From Methylococcaceae bacterium (GTDB lineage Bacteria; Pseudomonadota; Gammaproteobacteria; Methylococcales; Methylomonadaceae), in assembly GCA_030693065.1 (NCBI GenBank), contig JAUYBL010000007.1, positions 16,710 to 80,709 on the forward strand: a stretch of 64,000 bases of DNA, read 5' to 3'. Each line of letters opens with the position of its first letter. Position 1 is the first letter of the stretch. The notes under the pieces were generated by a model. The model worked only from the letters and a program-made list of their open reading frames with translations, was not told the origin of the DNA and made no database searches. Made by a program: the position numbers and the translations under genes. Shown piece by piece: positions 26,525-37,047 of the stretch.

Positions 26525-27133
26525 ATGACCTCAATAAATATGCTGGTAAAAATATTGTCTTTGCTGATGGTTTCTTCCATAGCAACTGCGTCAGTGCCGT
26601 TAGCAAAACGTGCCGGTGCCGGTGGAAAAATGGATATGTATGGTTGCATGCAAAGCAACGATTATTACATTGCTAACTTTGCCGCTTATCAAGGTGACTT
26701 ACAGCAACCTAAAAATGAAAGTGCTTTATTAACGGCTTTATGCGAAGAGTTACCGGCCGTTGGCTCGACACAAATCAGCATTGACTTACTGGATCGAGAT
26801 GTGCGCCGTAAACCGGTCACTATTAAGGTGTTGGATAGCAATGCTAAGGTCATATTAGAAACACCGCCTACGGTACCCAAACAAGGCGTACTTACCGCGA
26901 ATGTAAACTTCCCCGTACCTGGGCACTACCAAGTGGTGTTGTATATTGATGACAACGAACTTAAAGTTGCTCCAGAAATAGGTGCGCTACATATTCCGCT
27001 AACAGTTGCATTGGTTACGCCAGGCACTTCGGCATCCATGAGTAACTTATCCATAATTGTTCTAGCTATCTTGGTTATAGCATTGGTGTTTGGTTGGTTA
27101 ATGCCGCGCTGGCTAAAACCTGAACACGCTTAG
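26525..27133 (+). CDS. Periplasmic protein with an N-terminal signal and a C-terminal membrane anchor; unknown function, last gene of the operon.
   Basis: Signal peptide (..SSIATASVPLA) and a C-terminal TM (SIIVLAILVIALVFGWLM) followed by basic residues. Confidence 0.4.
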   Translation: MTSINMLVKILSLLMVSSIATASVPLAKRAGAGGKMDMYGCMQSNDYYIANFAAYQGDLQQPKNESALLTALCEELPAVGSTQISIDLLDRDVRRKPVTIKVLDSNAKVILETPPTVPKQGVLTANVNFPVPGHYQVVLYIDDNELKVAPEIGALHIPLTVALVTPGTSASMSNLSIIVLAILVIALVFGWLMPRWLKPEHA

Positions 27134-27144
27134 GGCAAATATCA

Positions 27145-28119
27145 TTACGGCACATTGGCAATAACAATAGCCCGCTTGGGCGCTGGTAAGCCTTCGCAAG
27201 TTAGATCTAAATTATCTGAATTAAGAAAATTCTTAAGCGAATGAAACGGCATCCATTCCGTACTGCGCTGTTCTTCCGTACTGGTTACCGTAACGTCAAC
27301 CACCCGGATATTGTTAAAGCCGCATCGCGCCAGCCAGTTGATTAATGTGGGAACACTGGGTAAAAACCACACATTACGCATTTTGGCATAACGGTCTTCC
27401 GGCAACAGCGTTTCACCTACCCCCCCATCAATAATCAAGGTTTCCAAAACCAATTCACCACCAGGCTTAAGACACGCTTTAAGCTCCAATAAATGGTCGA
27501 TGGGCGAACGCCGATGATAGAGCACGCCCATCGAAAAAACCGTATCAAATGCTTTCACCTCAGGCGGAATATCTTCTATACCGACAGGCAATACGTAAAT
27601 CGGCGCTTCGCCGTACAGCTTTCTGATCAGTTGAAACTGCATGACATTGAGCAGCAACGGATCAACACCTATTACCATGCGGGCACCCGCGCCTAACATG
27701 CGCCAACAGTGGTAGCCATTACCACAACCGACATCAAGCACCATTCGTTGCTGCAGCGGGCTAATATGATCTTTTAAACGATTCCATTTCCAATCGGATC
27801 GCCACTCCGTGTCTATATGTACACCAAAAAGATCGTACGGCCCTTTACGCCAAGGCAACAGGGTTTTTAACTGCGATTCAAACAGTATTTGACTGTTAAT
27901 TGACAAATCACTGCCTCTGCCAATCTGCACAGTATCGGCATCTAACAATCGATGCGAGGTGTCAAAAGTCGGCAAGTCGGCAATCATTGCTTGCCATTGA
28001 CTTAAGGTGCCATGCCGATTTTGGCTAAGTGCATTAAGTAACTGTTCAGGGAGTTGGTTAGCCCAGTCGTCGGCTTTGGCATCAAGCAAAGCTTGGTAAA
28101 GCGGTTGATAATCGATCAT
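27145..28119 (-). CDS. cmoB: tRNA U34 carboxymethyltransferase CmoB.
   Basis: 324 aa with the characteristic N-terminus MIDYQPLYQALL..W...LPEQL and a class-I methyltransferase fold (VLDVGCGNGYH). Confidence 0.8.
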   Translation of the reverse strand: MIDYQPLYQALLDAKADDWANQLPEQLLNALSQNRHGTLSQWQAMIADLPTFDTSHRLLDADTVQIGRGSDLSINSQILFESQLKTLLPWRKGPYDLFGVHIDTEWRSDWKWNRLKDHISPLQQRMVLDVGCGNGYHCWRMLGAGARMVIGVDPLLLNVMQFQLIRKLYGEAPIYVLPVGIEDIPPEVKAFDTVFSMGVLYHRRSPIDHLLELKACLKPGGELVLETLIIDGGVGETLLPEDRYAKMRNVWFLPSVPTLINWLARCGFNNIRVVDVTVTSTEEQRSTEWMPFHSLKNFLNSDNLDLTCEGLPAPKRAIVIANVP

Positions 28120-28225
28120 TACGATAAGGGAAAGCGCTCGAAATTATTCGAGTTATAAGCAGAAGTTTGTGCTTTTGAAAAAAGTATTAACCCCGCCCAA
28201 CAGGCGGGGTTATTGCAGATTTTAT

Positions 28226-28870
28226 TTAGGAATTAGCGGCAGATTTTGCGGCCAGAGCTTCAGCGTTGCGCTTTACTAGCCCGTCGATAACAGCACTTAA
28301 AGAACCTTTGGTCTGTACTTCATTGGTAAAAGTGCTGCGATAGTTAGTTACCAAACTCACACCTTCAATCGTAATGTCGTAAGCTTTCCATCGTCCATCA
28401 TCTGCCAAAAACATCCGGTAATTGACGGCAACGGGTTGAATGCCGGGTTGCAATACTTCGGTTTTGACAATAGCTTTGTTGGCATCTTCACCTTGTTCCA
28501 TTGGCAGGAAATGAACCGTCCATTCTTTAAATTCAACAAAGGCCCGAGAGTAAGTTCTTACCAGTAAGGTCTGAAATTCATGTTTGAAACGCTCGCGCTC
28601 ATCATTAGTCGCGGTTTTCCAAAGCTTACCCAATACCAATGCAGAAATTTTGTCGAAATCGGTATGTGGATAGATAACTTCATTGACGAATTGGTTAACT
28701 TTGCCAAAATTCTGGATAAAAGACTTATCCTGCAATTTAGCCTGTAATTTATCCGCAGAAACTTTTATCACCTGTTGCGGCGGCGCCAATGTCTCGGCAC
28801 TCGCTGTGGAAGGCATAATGCCAAACAACAGTGCCAATAAACCAAATATCATAAAATGCTTAGCTTTCAT
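28226..28870 (-). CDS. MlaC/Ttg2D-family periplasmic phospholipid-binding protein.
   Basis: Signal peptide (MKAKHFMIFGLLALLFGIMPSTASA), a good RBS (AGAGGG) before this start, and toluene-tolerance family motifs (..LGKLWK..ERE.F..EF..LLVRTYS..). The ORF-track N-terminal extension is non-homologous. Confidence 0.65.
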   Translation of the reverse strand: MKAKHFMIFGLLALLFGIMPSTASAETLAPPQQVIKVSADKLQAKLQDKSFIQNFGKVNQFVNEVIYPHTDFDKISALVLGKLWKTATNDERERFKHEFQTLLVRTYSRAFVEFKEWTVHFLPMEQGEDANKAIVKTEVLQPGIQPVAVNYRMFLADDGRWKAYDITIEGVSLVTNYRSTFTNEVQTKGSLSAVIDGLVKRNAEALAAKSAANS

Positions 28871-29014
28871 AAAACCCTCTAAAATCCCATTGGTAAACGC
28901 ATAAATCTTCGTCAATATTAAGAACTCTGCATTCACTGATACAATAACAAACACGTCAATAATGCCGACATTAGACAGAAATTTGTCGGCAAAACACAAC
29001 GAACCTATGAGTAA

Positions 29015-30036
<1,022 letters not shown>

Positions 30037-30037
<1 letters not shown>

Positions 30038-30876
30038 TGTCAGCAGATCGTTATGCGGTGCTTGGTCATCCGATAAAACACAGTAAATCACCACGCATTC
30101 ATCAAATTTTTGCCGAACAAACCGGGCAAAATCTTAGCTACAGCGCTCAAGAAGTACTGCCGGAGCACTTTCAGGATGCAGTCACCGAATTCTTTGCGCA
30201 AGGCGGTAAAGGCTTAAATTGTACAGTGCCATTAAAGGAACTGGCTTGGGCATTTGCCTCACAGAAAACGCCGCGCGCGCAGTTAAGCAAAGCGGTTAAC
30301 ACCTTAAAACTGGAACAAGATGGTTCGATACTAGGCGATAACACTGACGGCGTTGGTTTAGTCACCGATTTAACGCTCAACCATGGCATTACCCTGACCG
30401 ATAAGCGCGTGTTGATTTTGGGTGCAGGTGGCGCCAGTCGCGGCATTATTGGCCCGCTGCTTGAGCAAAAACCCCAGTCACTCATAATTGCAAATCGTAC
30501 TATTGATAAAGCCCTGGGCTTAGCAGAAGAATTTCAAACTATTGCGCCAGTAGCCGGATGTGGCTTTACTGAATTGGCTGGGCAACAATTTGATTTAATT
30601 TTAAATGCCACGTCAGCTAGCTTGAGCTCGGAACTGCCGCCGTTACCGCCTGCTTTACTGGCTGAAAACGGCGTTTGCTATGACCTTGCCTATGGCAATG
30701 AACCCACGCCTTTTGTCCGCTGGGGCCGGGACCAACATGCCATAAAAAGCCTGGATGGCTTGGGCATGCTGGTTGAACAGGCTGCAGAAGCGTTTTTCAT
30801 CTGGCGAGGCGTTCGCCCTGAAACACAAACTGTTATTGCCTTGCTCAATTCCGAAAGAACCGGCATTCCGAGTTAA
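30037..30876 (+). CDS. aroE: Shikimate dehydrogenase.
   Basis: YAVLGHPIKHSKSPRIH..NCTVPLKE..ILGAGGASRGI are classic AroE motifs. Start overlaps the hemB stop. Confidence 0.85.
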
Positions 30877-31406
30877 TCGGTTTCTAAGTGCTCATTTTTA
30901 AGCAGGATGTAATGCTGATAAGAATATTCCAAAAAGGCCTTTTCCGACTCTGTTAAGGGCCTGACTTGCCTGGCAGGTGTGCCGACATACAGATACCCGC
31001 TTTCCAGTCTTTTGCCAGGCGGCACCAACGCCCCCGCCCCCAACATCACATAATCTTCCAGCACGGCACCGTCCAGAATGATTGCCCCGATACCGACCAG
31101 GCAATAATCGCCGATGGTGCACGCATGCACGACGGCACGGTGACCAACCGTAACACCTTTGCCAATCTTAAGCGGCCGACTTTCCGGAGCAAACGGCCCG
31201 GCATGCGAAACATGCAGCACAGAGCCATCTTGAATGTTAGTACCTGCACCGATGCTGATGCTTTCAACATCTCCGCGAACCACAACCGTGGGCCAGATTG
31301 AGACATCGTCGCCCAATGTCACGTTACCAATGACTACCGCACTGTCATCAATAAACACTGCTTGACCAATGTGCGGCAGTACGCCGTTAAACTGTCTAAT
31401 TGCCAC
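30873..31406 (-). CDS. Gamma-class carbonic anhydrase family (hexapeptide-repeat, YrdA/CaiE/PaaY-like) protein.
   Basis: Left-handed beta-helix hexapeptide repeats with conserved His residues (..GDYCLVGIGAIILDGAVLEDYVMLGAG..). Confidence 0.75.
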   Translation of the reverse strand: MAIRQFNGVLPHIGQAVFIDDSAVVIGNVTLGDDVSIWPTVVVRGDVESISIGAGTNIQDGSVLHVSHAGPFAPESRPLKIGKGVTVGHRAVVHACTIGDYCLVGIGAIILDGAVLEDYVMLGAGALVPPGKRLESGYLYVGTPARQVRPLTESEKAFLEYSYQHYILLKNEHLETD

Positions 31407-31495
31407 GTTAACTCCTGATTCCTTAACTATACTAAGGCGAATTTATCATCAACTTGACAGTTGTGATAGTAAAAAACCCACCTACAGAGGCGCAT

Positions 31496-32506
31496 ATGGC
31501 ACTGTTAAACACACTTAAAAGACAATTCCGCTCGGTTATCGAATGGCAAAATCCGCACCCGGACGCGCTGTTTCAACAATGGACCGATAATGGTGATGAA
31601 ATCAAAAATGCCTCCACGTTGATTGTCGGCCCCGGACAAGGCTGCATATTTGTCTATCAAGGCAAAGTACAGGCGGTTATAGAGAAGCAATGCCTCATCA
31701 ATCTTGCAACCGACAACATTCCGTTCTGGACCACGATCAGCAAATTTATGCAGTTTTTTGAGAGCGAGCACAAAGTCGGCATTTACTTTTTCAAAACCAG
31801 CCAAATACTCGATCAAAAATGGGGCACGACCTCGGTCATCAAATACCAAGACCCCAAATACCAGTTTCCGGTGGGCTTAAAACTATTTGGGAACTACAGC
31901 TACCGTATTGCCGAGCCTAAAGATTTTTTTGTCAATGTGGTCGGTAGTCACAATGATTTTTTCATTGATGATTTCAGAGCCATCATGTCGGCGCGAATTA
32001 TTCATCCGTTGGCCGATTTTCTGGCAACCAGCCGCTACAGCTACGCTGAGATAGATGCTAACCGCGAAGAAATAGCCCTGGGACTTAAAGTAAAGTTATC
32101 GATTGCGTTTCAAGCATTGGGATTTGATATTACCGATTTTCGGATTGAAGGTACTGATTTCGACGATGACACCCTCAAACGCGTTAACCGCATTGCCGAC
32201 TTAACCGCAGAAACTCAGGCCGCGCAAGCTGCAGGCGTTGATTATGCCAAATTGCAGCATCTTGAAGCCATGCGCGAGGCCGCCAGAAATGAAGGTGGTG
32301 GCGCGGGCATTGGTTTAGGCATGGGCGCAGGCATCGGTTTTGGTCAGCAAATGGCGCAGACTCTGACTGAACCGGCGGCAGGAGCGCAACCCGTTGCGAA
32401 CGACACTGTCGCAAAGCTGACTGAACTCAAACATCTATTTACCGCTGAACTGATTTCAGCTGATGAATATGCCGCCAAGAAAAAAGCCATCCTGGATAGT
32501 CTTTAA
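31496..32506 (+). CDS. SPFH (band-7)-type domain protein with a Gly-rich linker and a C-terminal SHOCT motif (COG4260 'virion core protein-like').
   Basis: Start at MALLNTLKRQF with RBS ACAGAGG. A Gly-rich segment GGGAGIGLGMGAGIGFG, and a C-terminus ..LISADEYAAKKKAILDSL (SHOCT-like). Confidence 0.55.
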   Translation: MALLNTLKRQFRSVIEWQNPHPDALFQQWTDNGDEIKNASTLIVGPGQGCIFVYQGKVQAVIEKQCLINLATDNIPFWTTISKFMQFFESEHKVGIYFFKTSQILDQKWGTTSVIKYQDPKYQFPVGLKLFGNYSYRIAEPKDFFVNVVGSHNDFFIDDFRAIMSARIIHPLADFLATSRYSYAEIDANREEIALGLKVKLSIAFQALGFDITDFRIEGTDFDDDTLKRVNRIADLTAETQAAQAAGVDYAKLQHLEAMREAARNEGGGAGIGLGMGAGIGFGQQMAQTLTEPAAGAQPVANDTVAKLTELKHLFTAELISADEYAAKKKAILDSL

Positions 32507-32509
32507 CCC

Positions 32510-33178
32510 ATGGCAAAATGTACTCACTGTTCGGCACCGTTACCCGCCAACAGCAATCGTTGTAATTACTGCAGAACCCGCAATGATGTCGACCTGACCG
32601 GCCGCCAAGCATATAGCTTAAAAGGTCAATCGAACCGAAATTGTCCACATTGCCATACCCCTTTGCAGACCATCGATTTGCATCTCAATGGTAAAGTGGA
32701 AATAGATCGTTGCAACGATTGTTTTGGACTGTTTTTTGATCCCGGCAAAATAGAATTACTACTGGAACATACCGTTAGCGATGTCTATGACATCAACATC
32801 AAGCAACTGGATAACATCAATAGTGAGCGCTATCAGGCTGATAAACCGGTCAAATACATAAAATGCCCAACGTGCCAGAATTTTATGCTGCGTCGGGTGT
32901 TTGGCTATCGTAGCGGCGTCATTATCGATCAATGCAAAATCCACGGTATCTGGCTGGATAGCGGCGAAATCACCCATTTACTGGAATGGAAAAAAGCCGG
33001 CGGGCAATTGTTGGCGGCACAGAAAGAAATTACCGTAAGCTCGATACCTGCAAAATCCAAAAGCACCGGCCTAGCCAGAGATAATCGTACTAGCGGCCTG
33101 AGCGACTTTGAAGGCCCAACGGCATTGGATGTCTTGGAGACCTTAGCGAACGTGCTTGGCAAGCTATTTAAAGAGTAA
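32510..33178 (+). CDS. Protein with two tandem TFIIB-type zinc-ribbon modules; unknown function, operonic with the SPFH gene.
   Basis: Two repeats of the pattern C-P-x-C ... D-x-C-x-x-C/H-G-x-W/F-x-D (CPHCHTPL..IDRCNDCFGLFFDPGKIELLL and CPTCQNFM..IDQCKIHGIWLDSGEITHLLEW). Starts 4 nt after the SPFH stop. Confidence 0.5.
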   Translation: MAKCTHCSAPLPANSNRCNYCRTRNDVDLTGRQAYSLKGQSNRNCPHCHTPLQTIDLHLNGKVEIDRCNDCFGLFFDPGKIELLLEHTVSDVYDINIKQLDNINSERYQADKPVKYIKCPTCQNFMLRRVFGYRSGVIIDQCKIHGIWLDSGEITHLLEWKKAGGQLLAAQKEITVSSIPAKSKSTGLARDNRTSGLSDFEGPTALDVLETLANVLGKLFKE

Positions 33179-33345
33179 CTGAACAATTATCGACACTAAA
33201 CATTACCCAGCGCAAAACAATGATTTTTTTATAAAAAGTCGAGTTTGTTATACTTCCTGAACGTAAATCAAACCAGAGCGGTAATTTTTCTAGTCGCTAT
33301 GGCAGGCAACATGTATTTATACGAACAGTTTTTCAGGAAATAGGC

Positions 33346-34629
33346 ATGTCATTTCTAAATTCCCTTTTCAAAGAGCGAAAAAAAACACCGGTAACATGCA
33401 GTCTGGAACCCGAAGCAGTATCTATTGATACCTTGGAAACACTGATTCCTGTCCGTAATTTTAGTAATGACAAGTTATTGGCTTTTGCAACCGAAGCTAA
33501 AACAGAAGTTTATCCTGCCGAGACGCTGTTATTCAGCGCCGGTGATCAAGCTGACAGCGTTCTTTATCTTCTAAAAGGTTCGGTCACATTATCGGACAAT
33601 AGTGGGCAAAACTACGAGATTCACGCGGGAACCACCAAGGCGAAATTTCCTTTATCCAGTGGCGCCCTGCATACCACGACAGCACTAGCCGTATCGGACG
33701 TTGCGGTAATGAGAGTCTCGCATAACATTATGGCAAGTCGGCACGCTGAAGCGACACCCCTAGCAGAGCTTCACATTCCTGAAGAATTATCTGAAAACCA
33801 CTTACTGCAAGCTTTTGTGCAACATTACAACAACGAAGAAATGGAAATACCTTCGCTGCCGGATATTGCTGTTAGATTAAGACACGCGATGCAATATGAC
33901 ATTGGCATTGCCGATGCGGTAAAAATCATCCAACTGGATCCGGTGATTTCAGCCAAACTGGTTGAAGTGGCCAATTGCCCGCTTTACGTCTGCGCCACAC
34001 CGGCCAAAAGCTGTTTTACCGCCGTCAATCGAATTGGCTTGCATGCCACGCGCAGCTTGGTAATCAGCTTAAGCATCCATCACATTTTCAAAAGCAAATC
34101 GCCGGTAATAAAAAAACACCTGGATAGAATTTGGAAGCAGAGCCTTTATATTTCAACGCTAAGCTATGTTCTGGCAAGTGTCAGTAAGCAAGCAAATCCG
34201 GAAGAAGCCTTATTGGCCGGACTGGTGTGCGATATAGGTGCGGTGCCGTTTTTGAATTTTGCCGCCAACTTGCCCAAAGATTACTACACCGAAACAGACA
34301 TTGAGCAGGCATTGCCGTATGTCAAAGGGCCAATAGGCTACCGGATTTTGCAGAACTGGGGATTTACTGAAGACTTTATCAAAATCCCACTATTTTCTGA
34401 GGATTGGTATCAAAATCAAGGACCGGAACTGGATTTGACCGATATTGTGGTGCTCTCGCGGCTACATAGCAAAATCGGTCTTACTCAGTTAACTGAATTG
34501 CCAGCGATTACCTCTATCCCGGCCGCCAGCAAGTTAAAGGATTACTCGCTATCTCCAGAACATTCTTTAAAAATCCTGCATGAAGCCAAGCAACAAGTGC
34601 ATGATGCATTGGCGGCACTCATTCATTAA
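33346..34629 (+). CDS. Signalling protein with an N-terminal cyclic-nucleotide-binding-like domain and a C-terminal HDOD domain.
   Basis: cNMP-like beta-barrel region (..YPAETLLFSAGDQADSVLYLLKGSVTL..), then an HDOD-like region (IAVRLRHAMQYDIGIADAVKIIQLDPVISAKLVEVANCPLY..). Confidence 0.6.
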   Translation: MSFLNSLFKERKKTPVTCSLEPEAVSIDTLETLIPVRNFSNDKLLAFATEAKTEVYPAETLLFSAGDQADSVLYLLKGSVTLSDNSGQNYEIHAGTTKAKFPLSSGALHTTTALAVSDVAVMRVSHNIMASRHAEATPLAELHIPEELSENHLLQAFVQHYNNEEMEIPSLPDIAVRLRHAMQYDIGIADAVKIIQLDPVISAKLVEVANCPLYVCATPAKSCFTAVNRIGLHATRSLVISLSIHHIFKSKSPVIKKHLDRIWKQSLYISTLSYVLASVSKQANPEEALLAGLVCDIGAVPFLNFAANLPKDYYTETDIEQALPYVKGPIGYRILQNWGFTEDFIKIPLFSEDWYQNQGPELDLTDIVVLSRLHSKIGLTQLTELPAITSIPAASKLKDYSLSPEHSLKILHEAKQQVHDALAALIH

Positions 34630-34638
34630 TTGCTAGTT

Positions 34639-34731
34639 ATACCAATCACAATAAGTTCACATGCTATCCCTTCTCCAACGGGAGAAGGTTAGGATGAGGG
34701 GTTCAAAATAAAAACTTATTGTGATTGGTAT
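34639..34731. mobile_element. MITE-like palindromic element, copy 1 (93 bp; 19-bp terminal inverted repeats ATACCAATCACAATAAGTT/AACTTATTGTGATTGGTAT around a CCTTCTCCAACGGGAGAAGG hairpin).
   Basis: Near-identical to the reverse complement of 49163..49254. Its last nucleotide overlaps the lptG stop codon. Confidence 0.6.
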
Positions 34732-35834
34732 TATTGCGCCTTACGGATTGCCAATAGCGCCAGACTTAACGCTATCAAACTGGGCGCCACGGCAATAAGT
34801 GGCGGATTAAGATCATAAATCAGCCCAATATGGCCGGTGATTTTATCGATAATGTTAAAGCCCATACCGATCACCACCCCTATCATCATCCGTCCGCCCA
34901 GACTTACGCCGCGCTTAACCCCAATCACAAACGGTGCCGAAATCAGCAGCATAATAAAAGTCACCAGCGGATTCACTATGCGTCCCCATAAAGCCATTTC
35001 ATAGACGTGTGATTTTTGTTGGTTGTCTTTCAAAAAATCGATATATGTCATCAAATCATAAAGCGCCAAATTATTGGGATTGACGACCACAATTTTCACC
35101 AAATCCGGAGCGATAGACGAGCGCCAAATGCTTTCAGTTTGTTGACTGGCGAGTATTTGCTTAGTGGAAATTTCAGATTGCTTGATTTGCTCAAGCTGCC
35201 ATTGCTGGTCGCCTAAAAAGCGGGCGCTATCGGCATGGGTTGATAAGCGTAGATGCGCGGCATCATCTAGCTCGAAAATATTTATATCAGACAAACTGCC
35301 GTCATCTTGCAATTGCCGCACATTGATGAATTTTTTACCTTCGCGTAACCACAGCCCGTATTTACTATTCATGACGACTTGCTCGTTTTGTGCCGTCACT
35401 TTTAACAAACGAGCTGCACGCTCAGCAGAGGGCGCGACAAACTCACCGACAGTAATAGCCATGACAACCAAAATTGCGCCCGCCAACATCACTGCGCGCA
35501 AAATACCGAACACCGACAAACCGGCCGCGCGCATGGCAATGATTTCATGGTTATTGCCCATGGCTCCCAAAATAAACAGACTGCCCAATAAGGCCGAAGC
35601 AGGCATCAGCTCATAAAAAACAGTCGGTGAGGTCAGCGCCAAATAGGTAAAAATTTCTTTTAAGCCATAGTGGCCTTTACCTAAATCTTTAATTTCGTCA
35701 CTGAAAGTGAACAGATTAAACAGCGTCAACAACAACACCAGCGCAACCAAGGAGCCTTTCAAAATCTCCCTGACGATATACCCGTTGATTACATTCACTT
35801 TGTCACCTTGCTCTTGAGTGTCGCGCGCAGCCAT
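34731..35834 (-). CDS. lptG: LPS export ABC transporter permease LptG.
   Basis: 367-aa six-TM permease with a periplasmic beta-jellyroll insert, immediately downstream of lptF. Typical lptFG pair divergent from pepA. Confidence 0.75.
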   Translation of the reverse strand: MAARDTQEQGDKVNVINGYIVREILKGSLVALVLLLTLFNLFTFSDEIKDLGKGHYGLKEIFTYLALTSPTVFYELMPASALLGSLFILGAMGNNHEIIAMRAAGLSVFGILRAVMLAGAILVVMAITVGEFVAPSAERAARLLKVTAQNEQVVMNSKYGLWLREGKKFINVRQLQDDGSLSDINIFELDDAAHLRLSTHADSARFLGDQQWQLEQIKQSEISTKQILASQQTESIWRSSIAPDLVKIVVVNPNNLALYDLMTYIDFLKDNQQKSHVYEMALWGRIVNPLVTFIMLLISAPFVIGVKRGVSLGGRMMIGVVIGMGFNIIDKITGHIGLIYDLNPPLIAVAPSLIALSLALLAIRKAQ

Positions 35835-36931
35835 TGCCAGCCATACAATCGTGCCAACAATATGCTACCCATAATAAACAACAACAAGTTGACACCGACC
35901 GCACCTAACCAAACCGGAATGGTTCCCTTAATCACCCAACTTTGACTGACATTAACCAAATTGCCATAACTAAAATAGATTAAAAATCCAACCAGCATAT
36001 TGCCGTAAACCCCGCTCCGTGGCGACATCTGCGCCAATGGTACGGCAATAAAACTGAGCAACATAATGCCCAAGGGGATGAATAACCGCCGTTGCAATTC
36101 GGCAATATCACGACGTGCGGCCGACTTAAGCAATACCTCGGTAGCGATAGATTCTTGAATGAAACTGTCGGCAGCGACTTTACTATCTACCCGCACCGAG
36201 TATTCATCGAATTGTTCAAGCACATAATTCAATGCGCCGGGATGGCCTTGTATGCGTTCGCCTTGTTCCAAAACCATATAGCGGCCAGTAGGTAAATCTT
36301 CCAAGTGACCTGTTTTGGCGTTAATGATGCCAAGGGTGCCATGTTGGCGATTTTGCACAAACACACCGTGCATTTTTTTGTCGTCGGAAATTTTTTCGAC
36401 ATAAACCACCAAATCACCCTGGCTATATTCGCTAAACTTTCCAGCAGCGATACCTCTAAGATCGGCCGATTCTTCGTCTTGTTGCATCAGCTGCCCGACG
36501 CGTGCTTCAGCCCACGGCGCCACATACGTGGAAAGCCCGGTAGCAAAAATCGACAACGGCAATACCAACACAAACACAGCCCGATACATAACGCCAGCTC
36601 CCCCACCGGCGGAGGCAACAGCGGCCATTTCTTGATCCCGATACATTCTACCCAGCACCATCAGCACCGCCATAAAAATGGCGGCGGGAAGAAAGGTGAC
36701 GCAGGCGATAACGGTCTTTAAGCCCAAAATACTTAGCAGGATTTCATTGGACACTTGGCCTTCAATCGCCTTGTCTAAAATTCTAATGAACTTACGGCTA
36801 ACAATAATGACCACAATCACTGTCAACACCGATGTCAGCGTTTTCAACAGATCTTGCGCGATCATTTTGTCCAGGATGCTAATGAACGGCCGATACCCCG
36901 ATTTGTAGCCTTTTGACCAGTCTTCTGCCAA
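35795..36931 (-). CDS. lptF: LPS export ABC transporter permease LptF.
   Basis: 378-aa YjgP/YjgQ-family permease. It is divergent from pepA, as in many gammaproteobacteria. The true start is possibly the internal Met (MIAQDLL, about 36865). Confidence 0.75.
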   Translation of the reverse strand: MAEDWSKGYKSGYRPFISILDKMIAQDLLKTLTSVLTVIVVIIVSRKFIRILDKAIEGQVSNEILLSILGLKTVIACVTFLPAAIFMAVLMVLGRMYRDQEMAAVASAGGGAGVMYRAVFVLVLPLSIFATGLSTYVAPWAEARVGQLMQQDEESADLRGIAAGKFSEYSQGDLVVYVEKISDDKKMHGVFVQNRQHGTLGIINAKTGHLEDLPTGRYMVLEQGERIQGHPGALNYVLEQFDEYSVRVDSKVAADSFIQESIATEVLLKSAARRDIAELQRRLFIPLGIMLLSFIAVPLAQMSPRSGVYGNMLVGFLIYFSYGNLVNVSQSWVIKGTIPVWLGAVGVNLLLFIMGSILLARLYGWQWLRATLKSKVTK

Positions 36932-37047
36932 GCTTGTCTCCCCAATCTAAATCGATTTTGTGTTGTATAATCCGGCCCAGCCGTAGGATCTGCTGCGCTA
37001 TGCAGCTATCTTCCTATCAACCCTTTTACATCCAGCCGAGTTAAGCC

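Noticed and set aside
36305-36721. His/Gly-rich 138-aa ORF (..HQHRHKNGGGKKGDAGDNGL) that might look like a metal-binding protein.
   Set aside because: It lies antisense within lptF, whose translation shows the expected permease topology; the composition is a by-product of the sense-strand codon pattern.
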